Positions 60,563 to 64,000 of a stretch of DNA of 64,000 nucleotides are shown one piece after another. This DNA is from Eledone cirrhosa (lineage: Eukaryota): contig OZ024748.1 of assembly GCA_964016885.1 (NCBI GenBank), positions 48,546,001 to 48,610,000 on the forward strand. The letters run 5' to 3'. A model generated the notes under the pieces. The model was not told the DNA's origin. It did no database searches and was given only the letters and a program-made list of their open reading frames with translations. The position numbers and the translations under genes are program-made. The first letter of the stretch is position 1; every line of letters begins with the position of its first letter.

Positions 60563-60913
60563 TGGAGGCACATGGCTTAGTGGTTAGAGCATTGGCCTTG
60601 CAATCGAAAGGTTGTGAGTTCAATTCTCAGACCGGGTGATGTGTTGTTTCCTTGAGCAAGACACTTTATTTCACATTGCTCCAGTTTACTCAGCTGTAGA
60701 AATGAGATGATAGGGACTGGGGTCCCTATCATTCTACTGCAAAGTGGTCGTGGAGGTGCCACGGCAAAAAAGCACCCAGCACTCACTGTAAATGAGGTTG
60801 GTGTTAGGAAGGGCATCTAGCTGTAGAAATCAAGCCAGAATCAGTTCCCGTCCCACCCTTGCAAGCAGGGACAAAGCGGACGTAAAATGATGACGACGAC
60901 GATGACGACGACG
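60563..60913 (+). mobile_element. Full-length SINE family B copy with short tail
   Basis: A-box TGGCTTAGTGG, B-box GAGTTCAATTCT, centre TTCCTTGAGCAAGACACTTT, 11-bp hairpin ATGATAGGGAC/GTCCCTATCAT (60707-60732), (GAT/GAC)n end. Confidence 0.92.
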
Positions 60914-61061
60914 AACACACATATATACACATGTACTTATGGGTTATATTGAACACTAATGATAATGTTCGATTTTGTTTGTAAACAAACGGCCCTATTT
61001 GAAGTTGTGCTGTGCCAGTGACTGACTGGCTTTGAGGAACAATCAACATGTTTCTGGCACA

Positions 61062-61849
61062 TTACCCTTCATCAGGACTCTATACCTCTGCTATAATGGT
61101 GAAATCCCCACCAATTTCTACCGCAGCGCAGCCTACAGGGATCTGTTTGCGCATTACATATCTGCCCTCCCCAACAGCTCTAAAAGAGGGAACATCTTCA
61201 ACGAAATGGCTTGCATGCGCAAACGATGCAGCAACACTGCTAATAAAGTCACTCATATCACACGTTTCCACAAGGTACTAGAGATTAATGGCTTTCCTGT
61301 TTCCCCCCCCCCCCCCCACGACAAAACCCCAGACCCAGAGACCAGACCAACACAAACAGCAGTTGCTTCTTCAAGATCCCACATATCAGCGAGGAAACCA
61401 CCAACGCCATACACAAAGCCATTAGAAAAGAGGGCCTCAATATCAAACTCGCTCACTCTGGATCTTCCCTGCAAAGATGCCTCTCCATAAGGCAATACTC
61501 CAATGAGGATAACAGATGCACCCTAGCCAATTGCCCTATCTGCAACACTAATTGTTGCCTTCGTACCTACGTAGTATACAGGCTAGAATGTAACCAGTGC
61601 AATCTATTTTACATAGGTTGCACTATTCGAGCGTTACATCTCTGTATTAAAGAACATATTGACACTAACTCCTCTTCCTTCCACAAACACATCGTCAAAT
61701 GCACAAACCGTAACAACATTACCACCCCAACTTTAGCTTCTGAATGTAGTATAGGCACGCTGAGAATTAAGGAAGCTCTCTTAATCAAGCAATTAAAACC
61801 TAGGATCAATAATCGAATGGAAAAAAGTGCACCAGAATGGCTAATTTAA
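61062..61849 (+). pseudogene. Penelope-like element ORF 3' part: RT C-terminus/linker and GIY-YIG endonuclease, frameshifted at a poly-C run
   Basis: Frame 1 LPFIRT...TNFYRSAAYRDLFAHYISALP...KRCS...LEINGFP; after about 61317, frame 2 FFKIPHIS...RCTLANCPIC...YVVYRLECNQCNLFYIGCTIRALHLCIKEH...RIKEALLIKQLKPRINNR...WLI* (stop 61847-61849). Confidence 0.92.
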
Positions 61850-62260
61850 AAGCCTGTATCCCAGCGGCCCATTTCGTTCTTTTTAGGCAAACACTAGGCA
61901 AACAATTAAACTCACTAGGCAAACACAATTAAACTCACACATACATACATCACACATTTTCCCCTTTTTATTACATATTCATACATGCCTTTCACTAGAT
62001 AAACTTACATTCATGCACACACACATACAAACATCTCACTAAGCACACTTACATTCACACATGCCCACACATGCATATATCATATACTTTTCTCCAGACA
62101 TTTCACAACACGCACGTTTGAAATTTTAACGTCTTTTCATTTCATTTAACTTAAATCTCCTTTCCAAACAAGTCAACTCCGATCGATCTTTTAAGTCTAT
62201 GATTGGGATACTCTGTTGATAATGGGTTTTTAAACCCGAAAATATTTGGGATTATTAATT
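61850..62260 (+). mobile_element. PLE 3' region with a decayed hammerhead
   Basis: TTGATAA-T-GGGTTT-TT-AAACCC-GAAAATATT at 62216-62246 (two core substitutions, palindromic AATATT). Confidence 0.55.
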
Positions 62261-62446
62261 TTGCTAAGAGAAGATTCTTTTATCTTAGCAATTTTAATTT
62301 TCTTTCTAGTGCATTGTATGGTTTTCAAAATTATTAAAATTTGTTTCCTATTCAACAATGCTTCAAGCAAACTACAACACTGTGTTATATATATATATAT
62401 GTGTATATATATATGTGTGTATATTTATATATATATATATATAAGT

Positions 62447-62560
62447 TATTCCGGGTTGAATCGGAGGTAACCACAGTAAGTAAGGTACTCAATACATAGC
62501 AGAGTATTTCTCACGAATGAAACAGTTATAGTCCTGTAGAAGCTCTTCTATATTAAAACT
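62447..62560 (+). mobile_element. Family H1 copy with the CTGANGA part deleted
   Basis: Matches 46849-46905, then jumps to GAATGAAACAGTTATAGTCCTGTAGAAGCT. Confidence 0.8.
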
Positions 62561-62648
62561 TCTACATATATATATGTATATATGTATGTATATATGTGAA
62601 TGTATGTATATATGTATATATATATATTTGTATGTATATGTATGTATA

Positions 62649-63094
62649 TCAAAGGGCAAAGGAGTTCTTAAGAGTCAATGGCCATCCAAAATCACTGGGA
62701 GAGATGACCCCCTTAGCCTTTGTCAAGGCAGAATTCTAGAAGGAAAACTCTGATATAACACCTGCAACCCTGATGGTATCCAATGATGTTGACTTATTCT
62801 TTTTGGTAAATATCATCTTGGTTAAGAGAGTGGGACTGGCTTTGTGCAGTGCCTTTGCTCACTATAAAAGCTTCACGGCACAGGCATTGCTTTGTATCTG
62901 GAGATCTCTCTGCACTTGTCGTCACATGGTACCATGTACACTGTGTCAATAATTGTCACAAGTGTAGTGTTTGTGCCAGAGTTTTCAAGTCGCTGGCTGG
63001 ACTAAAAAGTCACACTCGTTCAGCGCATCGGTAGGGGTTCTCCTACATGGATATAAAGTAGTGGCCGTACTCGAAAACGAGTTGGCAGCCACCA
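62649..63094 (+). mobile_element. Bipartite non-autonomous RTE-derived element retaining the ORF2 terminal C2H2 zinc finger
   Basis: Head shared with 22577 and 38664; [25 protein letters not shown]; tail GGCCGTACTCGAAAACGAGTTGGCAGCCACCAT. Confidence 0.82.
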
Positions 63095-63629
63095 TATGTA
63101 TGTATACAAATGTATGTGTATGTATGTATATGTATGTATATCAATGTATGTGTATGTATATATGTGTATGTATATATGTATGTGTATATATGTATGTGTA
63201 TATATGTATGTGTATGTGTGTATGTATATATATGTATGTGTATGTATGTATGTATATATGTGTACAGACATATTGTTATTAGTGCTGATGATTGAAGTCT
63301 GAAGTCAGCATTATTACCTATTGTGCCATTTCCTCTGCTGCAGATGCAGTACTCTAGGTGCTGACATTCACTGTGGAAATCACCATGATTATATTAAGGT
63401 CAACCAGCTTAAAACCAACCTGTAACAGGAAGTAGAGCTATCATGTGATTAAAACTTCCTGTATATTGTGTGTGATTTACATGAGTCTGTTGCTGTTTCC
63501 AAAACTATAGTATTCTTCGAGAGATAAGCATGTTATGTTTAAATTATAAATTGGTTTACAGAGGGAGGGAGAGGAGAGCTATTGCAACAAACCTTAAACA
63601 ACATCGCCATGAAATAATACTCTCATTTT

Positions 63630-63722
63630 GTAGTAGTAGTAGTAGTAGTGGTGGTAGTAGTGGTAGCAGTAGTAATAATAGCAGCAGCAACAGTTGTAGT
63701 AGTGGTGGCGGCGGCGGTGGTG

Positions 63723-63768
<46 letters not shown>

Positions 63769-63880
63769 CAGTGGTGGTGGTAGTAGTAGTAGTAGTTGTA
63801 TTCAGTGGTGGTGTTGATGGTGGTAGTAGTTGTAATATTAGTTGTGATTGTGGCAGTTTTTAGTAATAGTAGTAGTAGTT
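63630..63880. repeat. (GTA/GGT)n trinucleotide tract
   Basis: Direct inspection. Confidence 0.92.
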
Positions 63881-63922
63881 AGAAATGTTTGAAAATATTG
63901 GTTTTGCTTGCTTTAACAATGA

Positions 63923-63980
63923 ATCATCATCATCATCTTCGTTTAACGTCCATTTTCCACGCTAGCATGGGTTAGACTAG
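63923..63980 (-). mobile_element. RTE tail fragment
   Basis: (CAT)n-CGTTTAACGTCCATTTTCCACGCTAGCATGGGTTAGAC. Confidence 0.8.
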
Positions 63981-64000
63981 TCTTATGAATGTCTTAGTAT

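Noticed and set aside
60563-60640. tRNA gene
   Set aside because: A and B boxes are present but run into the SINE body; multiple copies and no complete cloverleaf or terminator.
62849-63034. Host C2H2 zinc-finger gene
   Set aside because: Single finger inside a dispersed repeat, followed by a retroelement tail; duplicated at 38851.

Overview
Eukaryotic, AT-rich, non-coding DNA (intronic or intergenic), saturated with simple repeats and transposon remains. The SINE and LINE families and the (AT)n/(CAT)n density resemble an octopus genome; this is inferred from recognition, not from a search. No host protein-coding gene can be supported, and nearly all ORFs in the track are microsatellite translations. 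The real coding remnants are all transposon-derived: a Penelope-like element (PLE) RT-end/linker plus GIY-YIG endonuclease (61.0-61.85 kb), several RTE-clade ORF2 C-termini, a CR1/L2-type RT fragment and a Tc1/mariner (maT-like) transposase fragment. There are also two tRNA-headed SINE families, TTAA-, TA- and 8-bp-TSD MITEs, several minisatellites and a 200-N gap. Most notable: (i) at least four distinct families of minimal PLE-type hammerhead ribozyme motifs, two of them inside perfect head-to-head palindromes (60-bp and 87-bp arms); (ii) four independent direct duplications of about 120-130 bp, one acting as a giant target-site duplication; (iii) an RTE-derived element with twin-priming geometry; (iv) one SINE body carrying alternative 3' tails. 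Coordinates were counted by hand; boundaries of degenerate copies are approximate.
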